DNA of 64,000 nucleotides, taken from NCBI RefSeq assembly GCF_009914755.1, contig NC_060947.1. One strand, written 5' to 3'. The notes under the pieces were generated by a model. The model was not told where the DNA came from, searched no databases, and worked only from the letters and a program-made list of their open reading frames with translations. The position numbers and the translations under genes are program-made. Below are positions 47,901 through 60,480 of the stretch, piece by piece (within the stretch, counting starts at the first letter, position 1; each line of letters starts with the position of its first letter). The stretch is from the human T2T-CHM13v2.0 reference genome, Homo sapiens.

Positions 47901-48850
47901 CTGAACACTTACTTTGGAGGTGGCTCTGCAGTTCTGTGAGGAGGAAATCTCAGAGACTACCCACAACCATTTCACCATTGCAACTGCAGTAGTGCCACCC
48001 TGATGCCGTAGGGCTGTGGAAGGAACAAAGGGACTAGTCACTAACTTGACACATCCAGCACACCACAGTCACCACACAGAAACAAATCCAGTCCCTCTTC
48101 TCTGTGAGCCCCCATCTCCCACTCATCAACAGACAGCGCCCCTGGCTCAGGAATACAGATCAGCCATCTAACCCACGGCTGAGCACAACCACTGGTAGTG
48201 GCTTTGGGTTTCCCTGGGAAGGGGCTCCCACAGGTAACTGACAGCCCCTCTGCCACTGCAACAGCAGTGATTCTGCCCCTGCTGCCCTTGGTCAGGTGAG
48301 GAAATAAAGATCCTGAAGACCTCACCCACACACCACACACCCAGTCACCATATAAAGAGGAACTCAGTTTCACCTCCCTGTAAGCCACTGAACCCCTGCT
48401 CCTCAACAAGCAGAGCCATCAGCTCAGGCCAGCAGTGTGGCCACCACAACCCTTGGCTGAACATTCGCAGTAGTGGCAACTCCAAGTTTCTCTGAGGTGT
48501 AGCCCCCAGAGGCAACTGAAAGCCCCTTTCCCACTGCCACTGCAGGTGTACTGTCCTTGCTGCCCTCGGAATAGAGAAGGGTCGAGGACTCTGGATAGGT
48601 TAACAGCACCTCCAGAAAGCTGCAGTTGTCTTAAGAGGCCAGTCTGTCTCCCCAGTGACCCACCCAAACCCCTGCTCATTACCAGTCAGGGCTCCCTGGT
48701 TTGGGCTCACAGAACAGCTGCCCCATTCCAGCCTGACTGAACTGATTGATAGCAGCCCTGCATCTTTGTCATGTGAAGCTTCCAGAGACAAGTGAAAGGC
48801 CCACTGCCATAACCATCGCTAAGTTCCCTTCCCCTGCTGCCTCCATGCTG
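47901..48850 (+). repeat. Four diverged ~278-bp tandem units in the L1 5'UTR
   Basis: The anchor CTGA(A/G)C occurs at 47901, 48179, 48457 and 48737, each followed by CCA(C)TGC..CCCTGCTGCC-like blocks. Confidence 0.7.
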
Positions 48851-49564
48851 AAGAGGAAATATAAATCCCGAGCTTGCTTCCAGACCTGTGGTATGCTGCC
48901 TTGGAGTGCCAAGCCAACATCTGCAGCCAGCACTCAAGAGGGAGAAGATTCCACACTTTCAAAGCACTGAGAGGGAGAATGACTGAAATCATGAGGAAAC
49001 ACAGAGGACCCCGTGGATGAGCAAGAAGCTACCTACTTGCCATTACACATAAGCACCAACTATTGGATCACAGATCAAAACTTCAGCACCAAAAGCACTT
49101 TCCTAATATAGGCCCTGTGAAACAAGGACAAAAATTCAGCTAAAATTAAAGACCCCACACAAAGCCTTCACCCTCTGAAAACATCCAGAAAATAAGTCTA
49201 CTGGCTGTACTCAAATTACACCAAAGGTAAAAGAACAACAGCCTACATAGATGACAAAGAACCAGAAAAAGAAATCTGGCACCTGAAAAAGCCACAGTGG
49301 TTTCTTTCCACTAAATTAGTGCACTAGTTCCCTAGCAAGGGTTCTTAAATGGGCTGAAATGGCTGAAAAAAAAAAAAGAACTAGAATACACAATATGGAT
49401 AGGAACAAAAATCACTGAGATTCAGGAGAAAGTTGACACCCTATCCAAGGAATCTATGATTACAATAAAATGATAAATGATACGATAGACAAAATAGCCA
49501 TTATAAAAAAAGAAACTAAACTGATCTGATAAAGCTGAAAAACATACTACAAGAATTTCATAAT

Positions 49565-50293
49565 ATACCTATAATAATACCTATAAATGGAGCTATCATA
49601 TGATCCACCAATCCCGCTGCAGGATATATAACCAAAAGAAAGGAAATAAGTATATCAAAGAGATATCTGCACTCCTACATTTGTTGCAGCACTGTTTACA
49701 ACAGGTAAAATTTGGAAGCAACCTAACAGTCCATTAGCAGATGAATGGATTAAAAAAAGTAGTAATATATACAATCGAGTACTAATCAGCCATAAAAAAT
49801 AATGAGATGCAGTCATTTGCAATAACATGGGAGGAACTGGAGATAACTATCTTAAGTGAAATAAGCCCAGCACATAAAGACAAACATCACATGTTTTTAC
49901 TTATTTATGGAATCTAAAAATCAAAGCAATTGAACTCAGGGACATAGAGAATAGAGGGATGGTTACCAGATGCTGGGAAGGGTAGTGGAGGGTTGAGGAG
50001 AGGTGGAGATGGCTAATGGGTACAAAAATAAAGTTTGAAAGAATGAGTAAGGCCTACTATTTGATAGCACAGCAGGGTGACTATAATCAATAATAACTAT
50101 TTTTTTTAATAAGGAGTGTAATGGGATTTGTTTGCAATGCAATGGATAAATGCTTGACATGATGGATACCTTATTCTTCATGATGTGCTTATTTCACATT
50201 GCATGCTTATATCAAAACATCTCATGTACCTCATAAATATATACACCTACTATCAATGTACCCACACAAAATAAAAATAAAAATAAATTTAAA
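49565..50293 (+). mobile_element. L1MA1/2-like 3' fragment nested in ORF1 of the L1PA15/16
   Basis: 16-bp TSD ACAAGAATTTCATAAT (49549-49564 and 50294-50309); 3'UTR AATGAGTAAGGCCTACTATTTGATAGCAC. Confidence 0.88.
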
Positions 50294-53200
50294 ACAAGAA
50301 TTTCATAATGCAATCACAAGTATTAACAGCTGAATAGACCAGGCTAAGGAAAGAAGGTCAGTGCTCCAAGACTGGCTCTCTGAAGTTACTCAGTAAGATA
50401 TAAATAAAGAAAAATAAAGAATGAAGAAAAACTTCAAGAAATATGGGATTATGCAAGGAGACCAAATTTACAACTCACTAGTTTCCTTGAAAGAGATGAG
50501 GTGAAACCAAGCAATTTGGAAAACATATTTGAGGATATCATCCATGAAGTATTCTCCAACCTCACTAGAGAGGCCAACATTCAAATTTAGGAAATGTAGA
50601 GAACCACTGTGAGATACTAGACAAGAATACCATCTCCAAGAATCATAATCATCACATTCTCTCAGGTTGGAATGAAAGAAAAAATGTTAAAGGCAACTAG
50701 AGAGAAGGGACACATTACCTACAAAGGGAACCTAACCAGGCTAACAATGGACCATTCAGTAGTAACTCTGTAAGCCAAGAGAGACTCTAGGCCTATATTC
50801 AGCATTCTTAAAGAAAAGAATTTCCAACCAAGAATGTCATTTCCAACCAAACTAAGCAACAGAAGTGAAGGAGAAATAAGATCGAAATAAGATCCTTTTC
50901 AGCAAATGGTGAAAAGATTTGTTACTACCAGACCTGAATTGCAAGAGGTCCTAAAAGCAGCACTAAATATGGAAAGGAAATACCACTACCATCCACTACA
51001 AAAACACACTTAATTACACGGACCAGTGACACTATAAAGCAACCACACAAACATGTCTGCATAACAACATGATGGCAGGATCAAATCTGCACACATTAAT
51101 ACTAACTTTTAATACCAATGAATTAAATGCCCAATTAAACAGCAAAGAGTGGAGAACTGGATTAAGAAGCAAGACCTAAGGGTATGTTGTCTTTAAGAGA
51201 CCCATCACACATGCACTGGCACCCATAGGCTCAAAATAAAGGAAAGGAAAAAAATTTAAAGCAAATGGAAAACACAAAAAGCAGGGGTTGCTGTATGAAT
51301 TTCAGACAAAACAAATTTTAAATCAACAAAAAACAAAAAGAAAAAAGAAGAGCATTACATAATGATAAAGGGTTCAATTCAACAAGAAGACCAAACTATC
51401 CTAAATATATACACCCAACACAGGAGCAACCAGATTCATCAAGCAAGTTCTTAGAGATGTACAGAGATTTAGATTCCCACACAATAACAGTGAGTGACTT
51501 TAACACCTGACAGACAATATTAGACAAATCCTCAAGACAGAAAACAAAATTAACAAAAACAATAAGAACCTGCACTCAACACTTGAACAAGTGGACCTAA
51601 TAGACATCTCCACCCCAAAACAATAGAATACACATTCTTCTCATCACCACATGACATAATCTAAAATCGACCACACAATCAAATATAAAATAAATCCTCA
51701 GCAAATTCAAAAACCTGAAATCATACAATCCACAGTCTTGGATGACAAAGCAATAGAAATAGAAATAAGCACCAAGAAAATCACTCAAAAGCATACAATT
51801 AAATGGAAACTAAACACTGTGTTCTTGAATAACTTTTGGGTAAATAATTAAGTTAAGGCAGAAATCAAGAACTTCTTTGAAATGAATGAAAACAAAAATA
51901 CCAGATACCAAAATGTCTGGAATATAGCTAAGGCAGCATTAAGTAGGAAGTTTGTAACACTAAATGTCCACATCAAAAAGTTAGAAAGATCTCAAATTAA
52001 CAACCTAACACTACAACTAGAGGAATGAGAGTAACAAGGCAACCAACCCCAAAGATAGCAGAAGAAAAGAAATAACCAAATCAGAGCTAATGTGAAGAAA
52101 ATTGAGATGTGAAAAACAACAGAAAAGGTCAGAAAATCCAGGAGAGTATTTTCTGAAAAAATAAAATAAACAGAAAGATAGATCACTAACTACCCGAATA
52201 AAAAAGAGAGAGGATCTACATAAATACAATTAGAAATGACAAAGGAAATGTTACCACTGACCCTGCAGAAAAACAACGACAACAACAAAAAACCCTCAGA
52301 GACAACTATGAATATATCTATGCATCTGTGCATACAAACTAGAAAATCTAGAGGACATGGATAAATTCTCAGACACATAAAATCTACCAAGACTAAATCA
52401 GGAAGAAATTGAATCCCAGAACAGACAAATAATGAGTTCCAAAATTGAATCAGTAATAAAAAGACTACCGACCAAAAAAAGCCCAGGACCAGATGGATTC
52501 ACAGCTGAATTCTATCAGATATATAAAGAAGAGCTAAAACCATTCCTAGTAAAACTATTCCAGAAAAATTGATAAGGAGGGACTCTTCCACAACTTATTC
52601 AATAAGGCCAGCATCATCCTGGTACCAAAACCTGGCAGAGACAAAGAAAAGAGATAATTTTAGGTTAATATCCTTGATGAACAAAGATGCAAACATCCTC
52701 AACAAAATACTAACAAACTGAATCCAGCAGCATATAAAAAAGCTACTCTACAAGAACAAGTGGGCTGTATTTTTGCAATGCAATGTTGTTTCAACTTTTG
52801 AAAATCAATAAATGTGATTCATCACATACACTGAACTAAGGAAAAAAACCACATGATCATCTCAATAGATGCATAAAAAGCTTTCAATACAATTCATCAT
52901 CCTTTCACATCAACAACTCTCAACAAACTACGAATTAAAGTAACATATCTCTAAGTAATAAGAGCCACCTATGACAAAGCCACAGAAACATCACACTGAA
53001 TAGCTAAAAGCTGGAAGCATTCTCCTTGAAAACCAGAACATGACAAGGATGCCCTCCCTCACCATTCCTATTCGGCTTAGAATCGGAAGTGCTAGCCAGG
53101 GCAATCAGGCAAGAGAAAGACATAAGGAGCATCCAAATAGAAAGAGAAGAAGTCAAACCATTCATCTCTGCAGATGACATAATTCTCTGTCTAGAAAAGA

Positions 53201-55443
53201 TATAGGTTGATACAATTCTATATCTAAATATTCTTCAAAAAACTATAAAGACTATTCATTCAAAAAACCTCAATAAACTAGGAATTGAAAGGACATACTT
53301 CAAAACAGTAAGAACAATCTATGACAAACCCAGAGTCAAGATCATACTGAATGGGCAAAAGCTGAAAGCATTCCCCATGAAAACCAAAACAAAACAAGTA
53401 CTAGTCAATATAGTACTGGAAGTTCTGTCTAGGGCAATCAGGGAAAATAAGTTAATAAAAGACATCAACATAGGAAGAGAAGAAGTCAAATTATCCCTGT
53501 TTGCAGATGACATGATATTATATCTAGAAAACCCCACAGTCTGCCCCAAAGCTCCTTAATCTGATAAATAACAAGCAAATTTTCAGGATACAAAATCAAA
53601 GTACAAAACTCAGTGGCGTTCCTATACACCAAGAACATCTAAGCTGAGAGCCAAATCAAGAATGCAATTCCATTCAAAATTGCCACACAAAGAATAAAAT
53701 AACTAGTAATATAGCTATCCAAGGTAGTGAAAGATCTCTACAATGAGAATTACAAAACACTACTCAAATAAATCAGAGATGACACAGACAAATGGAAAAA
53801 CATTCCAAGCTCATGGACAAGAAGAATCAATATCATTAAAATAGCCATGTCGCATAAAGCAATTCACAGATTCAGTGCTATGCCTATCAAACTAGCAATG
53901 GCATTCTTCATAGAATTAGAAAATCTATTTTAAAATTCATGTGGAACTCAAAAAAATATTGAATATCCAAGGCAATCCTAATAAAAAAGAACAAAGCTGG
54001 AGGCATCGCATTACCTGACTTCTAACTGTATCACAAGGTCACAATGACCAGAACAGCATGGTACTGGTGCAAAAACAAACACATAGACCAACGGAACAGA
54101 ACAGAGAGCCCAGAAATTATGCTTCACACCTAAAACCATCTGATCTATTACAAGGATGACAAAAAGGAACAAGTGAGAAAGGACTACCTCTTCAATAAAT
54201 GGTGTTGAGATACCTGGCTAGCCATCTGCAGAAGATTAAAACTGGACCCTTTCCTTACACCATGTACAAAAATCAACTGAAGGTACATTAAAGACAAGTG
54301 TAAAACCTAAAACCACAAAAACCCTGGAAAAATAACCTAGGAAATAACATTCTGGATATAGAACATGGCACAGATTTAAGGACAAAGACTCCAAAAGCAA
54401 TTGCAACAAAAACAAAAATTGACAAGTGGGACATAATTAAACTAAAGTGCTTCTGCAAAGCAAAATAAACTATCAAGGGTATAATCAGAAAACCTACAGA
54501 ATGGAAGAAAATATTTGCAAACTATGGGTCCAGCAAAGGTCTAATATTTAGCATCTTTAAGGAACATAAACAAATTTATAAGCAAAAAAGAAAGCCATTA
54601 AGAAGCGGGCAAAGGACATGAGCAGACACTTTACAAAAAAAGACATACATGTGGCCAAAAAGCTTATGAAAAAAACTCTCAACATCACTAATCATTAGAG
54701 AAATATAAATGAAAACCACAATGAGTTACCATCTTACACCAGTCCGAACGGCTGTTATTAAAAAGTCAAAAAATTATAAATACTAGCAAGGTTGCAGAGA
54801 AAATGAAACACCTTTACACTGCTGGTGGGAGTGTAAATTAGCTCAGTCATTGTGCGAAGCAGTGTGGTAACTCCTCAAAAAACTTGAAACAAAATTACCA
54901 TTTGACCCAGTCATCTCCTTATTGAGTATATACCAAAAATAATACAAATGACTCTAGCATAAAGACACAAGCATGCAAATGTTCATTGCAGCACTATTCG
55001 TGACAGCAAAGACATGGAATCAACTTAAATGTGCATCAGTGGTAGACTGAATAAAAAAAAATGATACATATACAACATGGAATACTATACGGCCATGAAA
55101 ATGAACAAGATCATATTATTTGCAGCCACATAGATGGAGCTGGAGGTCATTAATATTAGCATACTAGTGTAGGAAGAGATAGTGAAATACTACATGTTCT
55201 AACTTAATAATGGGAGCTAAACAACAAAAACATATGAACCCAGAGAGGGGAACAACAGACACGAGGGCCTACTTGAGGAAGAAGGTAGGAGAAGGGAGAG
55301 GATGAGAAAAAAATACCTACTGGTTACTTTTCTTATCTGAGTGACAAAATAATTTGTACACCAAACCCCCATGACACACAGTACACCTATGTAACAAAAC
55401 TGTACATGTACTCCTGAAACTAAAAGTTATAATAAAAAAAAAG

Positions 55444-56450
55444 AGAAAATAGGTGTGGCACCACTTACTATTACTCCTAAGTGACCCAGTACAAAATTTT
55501 TTTTAATTCCTGTTCCCCTAACTTTATGCTCTGCTGGCATAGAGGGCTTAGTTCCAGAGAGGAGAATGCTTCCACTGAAAACATAACAATGATTCTGTTG
55601 AACTTAAGCTAAGACAGCCAACCAGCCTCCTTGGGCTCCTCAGGCCTCTGAATCAACAGGCAAATGTGGGAGTTACTGTGCTGCTTAGGGGATGGATCCT
55701 GACTACTAAGGGGGAAATTAGACTACTTTACAATGGACGTGAGGAAGAGTATATAGTCACTGTAAAGACTACTTTACAATGGAGGTGAGGAAGAGAATAA
55801 TACAGGAGATCCCTCAGAACATCTCAATAGTCCCATGCCCTGTAATTAAGTTCAATGTAAAACCACAACAACTCAATCCAGACAGGATTATTAAGAGCGC
55901 AAACTCTTCAGGAATGAAGGTTTGGACCACCAGGTTAAGAACCAGGATGAGCTGAGGTGCTTGCTTAAGGCAAAGGGAGTACAAAATGGGTAGTGGAAGA
56001 AGATAGGGATGAATATCAGCATTACAAGTGACCAGTTAAAGAAATAAGGACTCTAATTCTCATGAGAATTTCCTTTTTATTTTGTCATAAAAATGTTTAT
56101 ATATAAAAATTATACATTATATATTAACATATATATGTCTAATATATATTAAGTAAATAATATTTTGCTCTCATTTCCCCCTATCATGTAACATATAATG
56201 TATGGACTTTATAAAATAGTTTTAAAGCATTGTTCATTTTACATCATACTATTTAGGTTATGAGATATCAAGGAGAAGCAGGACCATCACTCCAGTATTT
56301 TACCTTTTTTTGTGGAAGTGGTTAGTTCAGTTTCAGTTGTACACAAGATGACTACATCATGTTAGCTGTAATTATGATCCTGTTACCATTTAGAGATTAG
56401 GTTTGGTTTAAGGAGATGCATATGGATGCCAAGTTGACAAGGTGTGGACT
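55444..56450 (+). pseudogene. ERVL internal 3' end (dUTPase region and 3' untranslated part)
   Basis: Homologous to 23860-24814 (GTGGCACCACT..GTGACCCA, CTTAGTTCCAGAG, TCAGGAATGAAGGTTTGG, AAGTTGACAAGG). Confidence 0.85.
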
Positions 56451-56942
56451 TGTGATGGTTAATTTTATGTGTCAAATTAACATGAACAGGAGGTGCTCAG
56501 ATATTTGGCCAAACATTCTGGGTGTTTCTGTGAGAATGTTTTGGGATAAGATTAACATTTTAATTGTTAGATTGAGTAGAGAAGATTGTCCTTCCTAATG
56601 TCGATGGGCTTCATTCTATCAGTTGAAAGCCTGGATAGAATAAAACAGGTGATTTTCCTCTGAAAAGAAATAATTATTCCTGCCTGATTGTCTTTATCCT
56701 GAAACATCATTTTTTCCTGCTTTTAGACTCACACTGAAATGTTGAAACTTCTGGGGTCTGGGGTCTGGGGCCTGTTAGCCTTCATACTGGAACTATACCA
56801 TTGACTCTCCTGGGTCTCCAGCTTGCCAACAGCAGATCATAGGTCTTGTCAGCTTGCATAATTATGTAAATCATTTCCTTTTAATAAATCTATCTTCCTC
56901 TCTTTATCTCTTTCTCTACACCCCCCCCCCCACGCACACACA
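56451..56942 (+). mobile_element. MLT2D-like ERVL 3' LTR, interrupted near its end
   Basis: TGTGATGGTTAATTTTATGTGTCAA..CAGATATTTGGCCAAACATT..AATAAATC, then a CT/CA-rich tract. Confidence 0.82.
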
Positions 56943-57075
56943 GAGTCATGCATCATTTAATGATAAAAATACATTCTAAAAAATGCCTTGTTAGGTGATT
57001 TTGTTGTAAAAATACTACAGAGTGTACTTATATAAACCCAAATGGTGTAGCCTACTACACACCTAGGCTATAGGG
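56943..57075 (+). mobile_element. Tigger3 (Golem)-like DNA transposon left end
   Basis: AGTCATGCATCATTTAATGA..AGAGTGTACTTA..TAGCCTACTACACACCTAGGCTATA. Confidence 0.75.
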
Positions 57076-58043
57076 TGGTGGCCAAAGATGAGACTCCTTT
57101 GCCTTTGGAAAAAGAAGAGTTGAAAGTATTGAATCTGGTGGTTTGAGTGCCAGCACGACTACAGTACAACAGAACAGAAGGTAGACTTCTAAGGTTTTTG
57201 TCTCCAGTCTCAGACTCCCTGATGGAAGCTCTGGATCTGCCCTGGGCCTGAGGGAACTTGCCATCCAGAAGGGAAAGACACCATCCTGGTTGGCTTCAAA
57301 ACATGATAATTGTAGAGCCCCAGGACCTTGAACACAGGCAGTAGTCAGAGAGTGGTTACAATAGGCCTTGGATGAGACTCAGTGCTGTGCCAGCTCCAGG
57401 TCTAACCCAGCACAGTTCTAGTTGTGGTGGACACAGGAGTGCTTATGTCATTCCATCCCCAGCTCCAAGGCAGTTCAGAACAAAGATAGATTCCATTTGT
57501 TTGGGAGAAAGTAAGAGAACAAGAATCTCTGCCTGGTAATCCAGAGAATTATCCCAGATCTTGTCCAAGACTATTAGGGTGGTACCTCTAGTCTGCAAGA
57601 ACCACAGTGTTACTAAGCTTAGGATTCCCCCTAGTGCAGATACAGCTTAGATCACAACACCCAAGTACTTTTGAATATTTGGAAAGCCTTTCCAAGAAGA
57701 ATGGGTACAAACAAGCCCAGACTGAGAAGAGACTGCAATAAATACCTAACTCTTCAATACCTAGTCACAGACGAACATCCACAAGTATCAAGACCATTCA
57801 GGAAAACACGACCTCACCAAGTAAACTAAGTAAGACACCAAGGACCAATACTGAAAAAAAAAAAATAGATATATGTGATCTTTCAGACAGGTAATTCAAA
57901 ATAGCTGTTTTGAGGAAACTCAAAGAATTTCAAGATAACACAGAGAAGGAATTCAAAATTATTTTAGGTACATTTAACAAAGAGATTAAAATAATTTTTT
58001 AAAAAATCAAGCAGAAATTCTGGAGTTCAAAAATGTAATTGAC

Positions 58044-58327
58044 GGCCGGGCACGGTGGCTCACGCCTGGTAATCCCAGCACTTTGGGAGGCCGAGGCAGG
58101 TGGATTACCTGAGGTCAGGAGTTCAAGACCAGCCTGGCCAACATGGTGAAACCCTGTCTCTACTAAAAATACAAAAATTAGCCAGGCGTGGTGGCACACC
58201 CCTGTAATCCCAGCTACTTGGGAGGCTGAGGCAGGAGAATTGCTTGAGCCCGGGAGGCAGAGCTGAGATCATGCCACTGCACTCCAGCCTGGCCAACAGA
58301 GCAAGACTCTGTCTCCAAAAAGAAAAA
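58044..58327 (+). mobile_element. AluS (Sx/Sq-like) with a ~10-bp deletion in the right arm
   Basis: TSD AAAAATG(T/C)AATTGAC (58029-58043 and 58328-58342). Confidence 0.93.
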
Positions 58328-58447
58328 AAAAATGCAATTGACATACTGAAGAATGCATCAGGGTCTTAATAGCAGAATTAATCAAGCAGAAGAAAGAATT
58401 AGTGAGCTTATTGGTAGGCTATTTGAAAGATACACAGTCAGAGGGGA

Positions 58448-60480
58448 TGTTATAGTTTGTATATTTGTCGCACTCCAAAACTCATGTTGAATTGTAGTTC
58501 CCAATGCTGGAGATGGGGCCCAGTGGGAGGTATTCAGATAATGGGCATGAAACCCTCATGGCTTGGTGCTGTTTTTGTGATGGTGACTTTTCAAGAGATC
58601 TGCTCATTTAAAAGTGTGTGCCACCTCCCCACTCCCCACTCTCTCTCTCCTTCCTGATTTCACAATGTACAGTGCCTGCTCCTGTGTAACTTTCAGTAAT
58701 GATTATAAACCTTCTGTGTCCTACCTAGGTGTCAAACAGATGCCAGCACCATTCTTCCTTTAAAGCCTTCAGAACCATGAGCCAATTAAACCTCTTTTAA
58801 AAAAATTATCCAGTCTCAGGTATTTCTTTATAGAAAAACAAGAATGGCCTAATACAGAAAGTTCATTCTAAGGAGTGAGGCATTGCTACAAAGATACCTG
58901 AATATGTGGAAGCAGCTTTGGAATTGGGTAATGGGCAGAGACTGGAAAACTCTCAAAGGCTCAGAAGAAATGAAGATGAGGGAATTTTTGTAATTTCTTA
59001 GAGACTGGATAAATGCTTTTGACAAAGATGCTGTTAATGACATGCACAGCAAAATCCAGGCTAAGGAGGTCTCAGATGGAAATGAGGAACTTGCTGAGAA
59101 CTGGAGAAAAGGTCATGAGTATCATGCCATAACAAATAACTTGGCTGAATTGTGTCCATACCCTAGGGTTCTGTAGAAGTTTGAACTTGAGATTGATGAC
59201 CCAGGGTGTATGGTGGAAGAAATTTCTAAGCAGCAGACTATTCAAGATGTCCCTTGGCTGCTTCTAACAACCTAACTCAAATGCAGGAGCAAAGAAATAA
59301 TTTAAAGTTGAAATATATATTTAACAGGGAAGCAGAGCATAAAAGTTTGAAAAACTTGCAGGCTGGCCATGTGGCAGAGAAAGAGAATTCTTCCTTGGGA
59401 AAGAAACTCAAGTGGGCTGTGGAGGAACCACTTACTAGAAATATCTGCACAACTAAAAGAGAGCCAAGTGTTAATATCCAAGACAATGAGAAAAAGACCT
59501 CAAAGGCACTTCAAAGACCTTTTTGAGAGCCCCTTTCATCACAGGCCCAGAGGCCTAGAAGGATAGAATGGTTTTAGGGGCCTGACCAAGGATTCCATGG
59601 CCTTGTGCAGCCTTGAGACATTGCTTCCCATATACTAGATACTCTGGCTCCAGCTGTGGCTCAGTAGTGCCAGGTTACAGCTCAGGTTGCTGCTTCAGAG
59701 GGTGCAAGCAACAAGCCTTGGATGTGGGACATGGAGTCAAAAGAGATTAATTTAGAGCTTTAAGGTAACTTGTCTGCTGGGCTTTGAACTTGCATGGGGC
59801 CTGTATCCCCTATCTTTTGGCTGATTTCTCCCTTTAGGAATGACAAAGTTTACTCAATGTGTATATTCCCATCATATCTTGAAAGTCACTAACTTTTTTT
59901 TAAAAAAATAGGCTAAAACGTGGAAGTGATTTGGCTTGTCTCAAATGGGACTTTGAACTTTTGAGTTAATGTTGGAATGAGTTAAGACATTGGAGGAGAG
60001 TTGGGAAGGCATGCTTGTATTTTCCAATATGAGAAGGAAATGAGATTTGGGATGAGTCAGGGGTCTAATAATATAGTTTTGATATTTGTTCCCACCCAAA
60101 TCTCATGTTAAATTGTAATTCCCAGTGCTGGAGGTAGGGGCTGGTGAGAGGTGTTTGGATCATGGGGGCTAATCCCTTATGACTTAGTGCTGTCTTTGTG
60201 TAAGGAGTTCTCATGAGATATGGTCATAGAAACGTGTGTGGCACTTCCCACCTCACTCTCTCTCTCTCTTGCTCCTGATTTTGCCATATAAAGTGCCTGC
60301 TCCTGCTTTACCTTCCTACTGAGAGTGTAAGAGTCCTGAGGCCTCCTCAGAAGCTGAGCAAATGCTAGAACTGTGCTTCCTGTAAAGTCTGCAAAACCAT
60401 GAGCCAATTAAGCCTCTTTTCTTTATGAATTACCCAGTCTCAGATATTTCTTTATAACAATGCAAGAAGGACCTAATATA
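58448..60480 (+). mobile_element. MST (MSTB-like) MaLR provirus: LTR 58448-58856, internal 58857-60068, LTR 60069-60480
   Basis: Two homologous ~410-bp LTRs; MST-int motifs (GAATATGTGGAAGCAGCTTTGGAATTGGGTAATGGGCAGAG); 5-bp TSD GG(G/A)GA (58443-58447 and 60481-60485). Confidence 0.9.

Larger units (their letters stand above)
47880..55443 (+). mobile_element. L1PA15/16-like (L1P4) near-full-length LINE-1 with the extreme 5' end missing
   Basis: GC-richer 5'UTR, decayed ORF1 (~49340-51015), ORF2 from ATGATGGCAGGATCAAAT (~51069), and 3'UTR GGGCCTACTTGAGG..CCAAACCCCCATGACAC followed by an A-tail. Confidence 0.87.

Noticed and set aside
47901-48850. CRISPR-like or satellite array
   Set aside because: The units are long, diverged and homologous along their length, with no unique spacers. 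They lie inside an L1 5'UTR in primate DNA.
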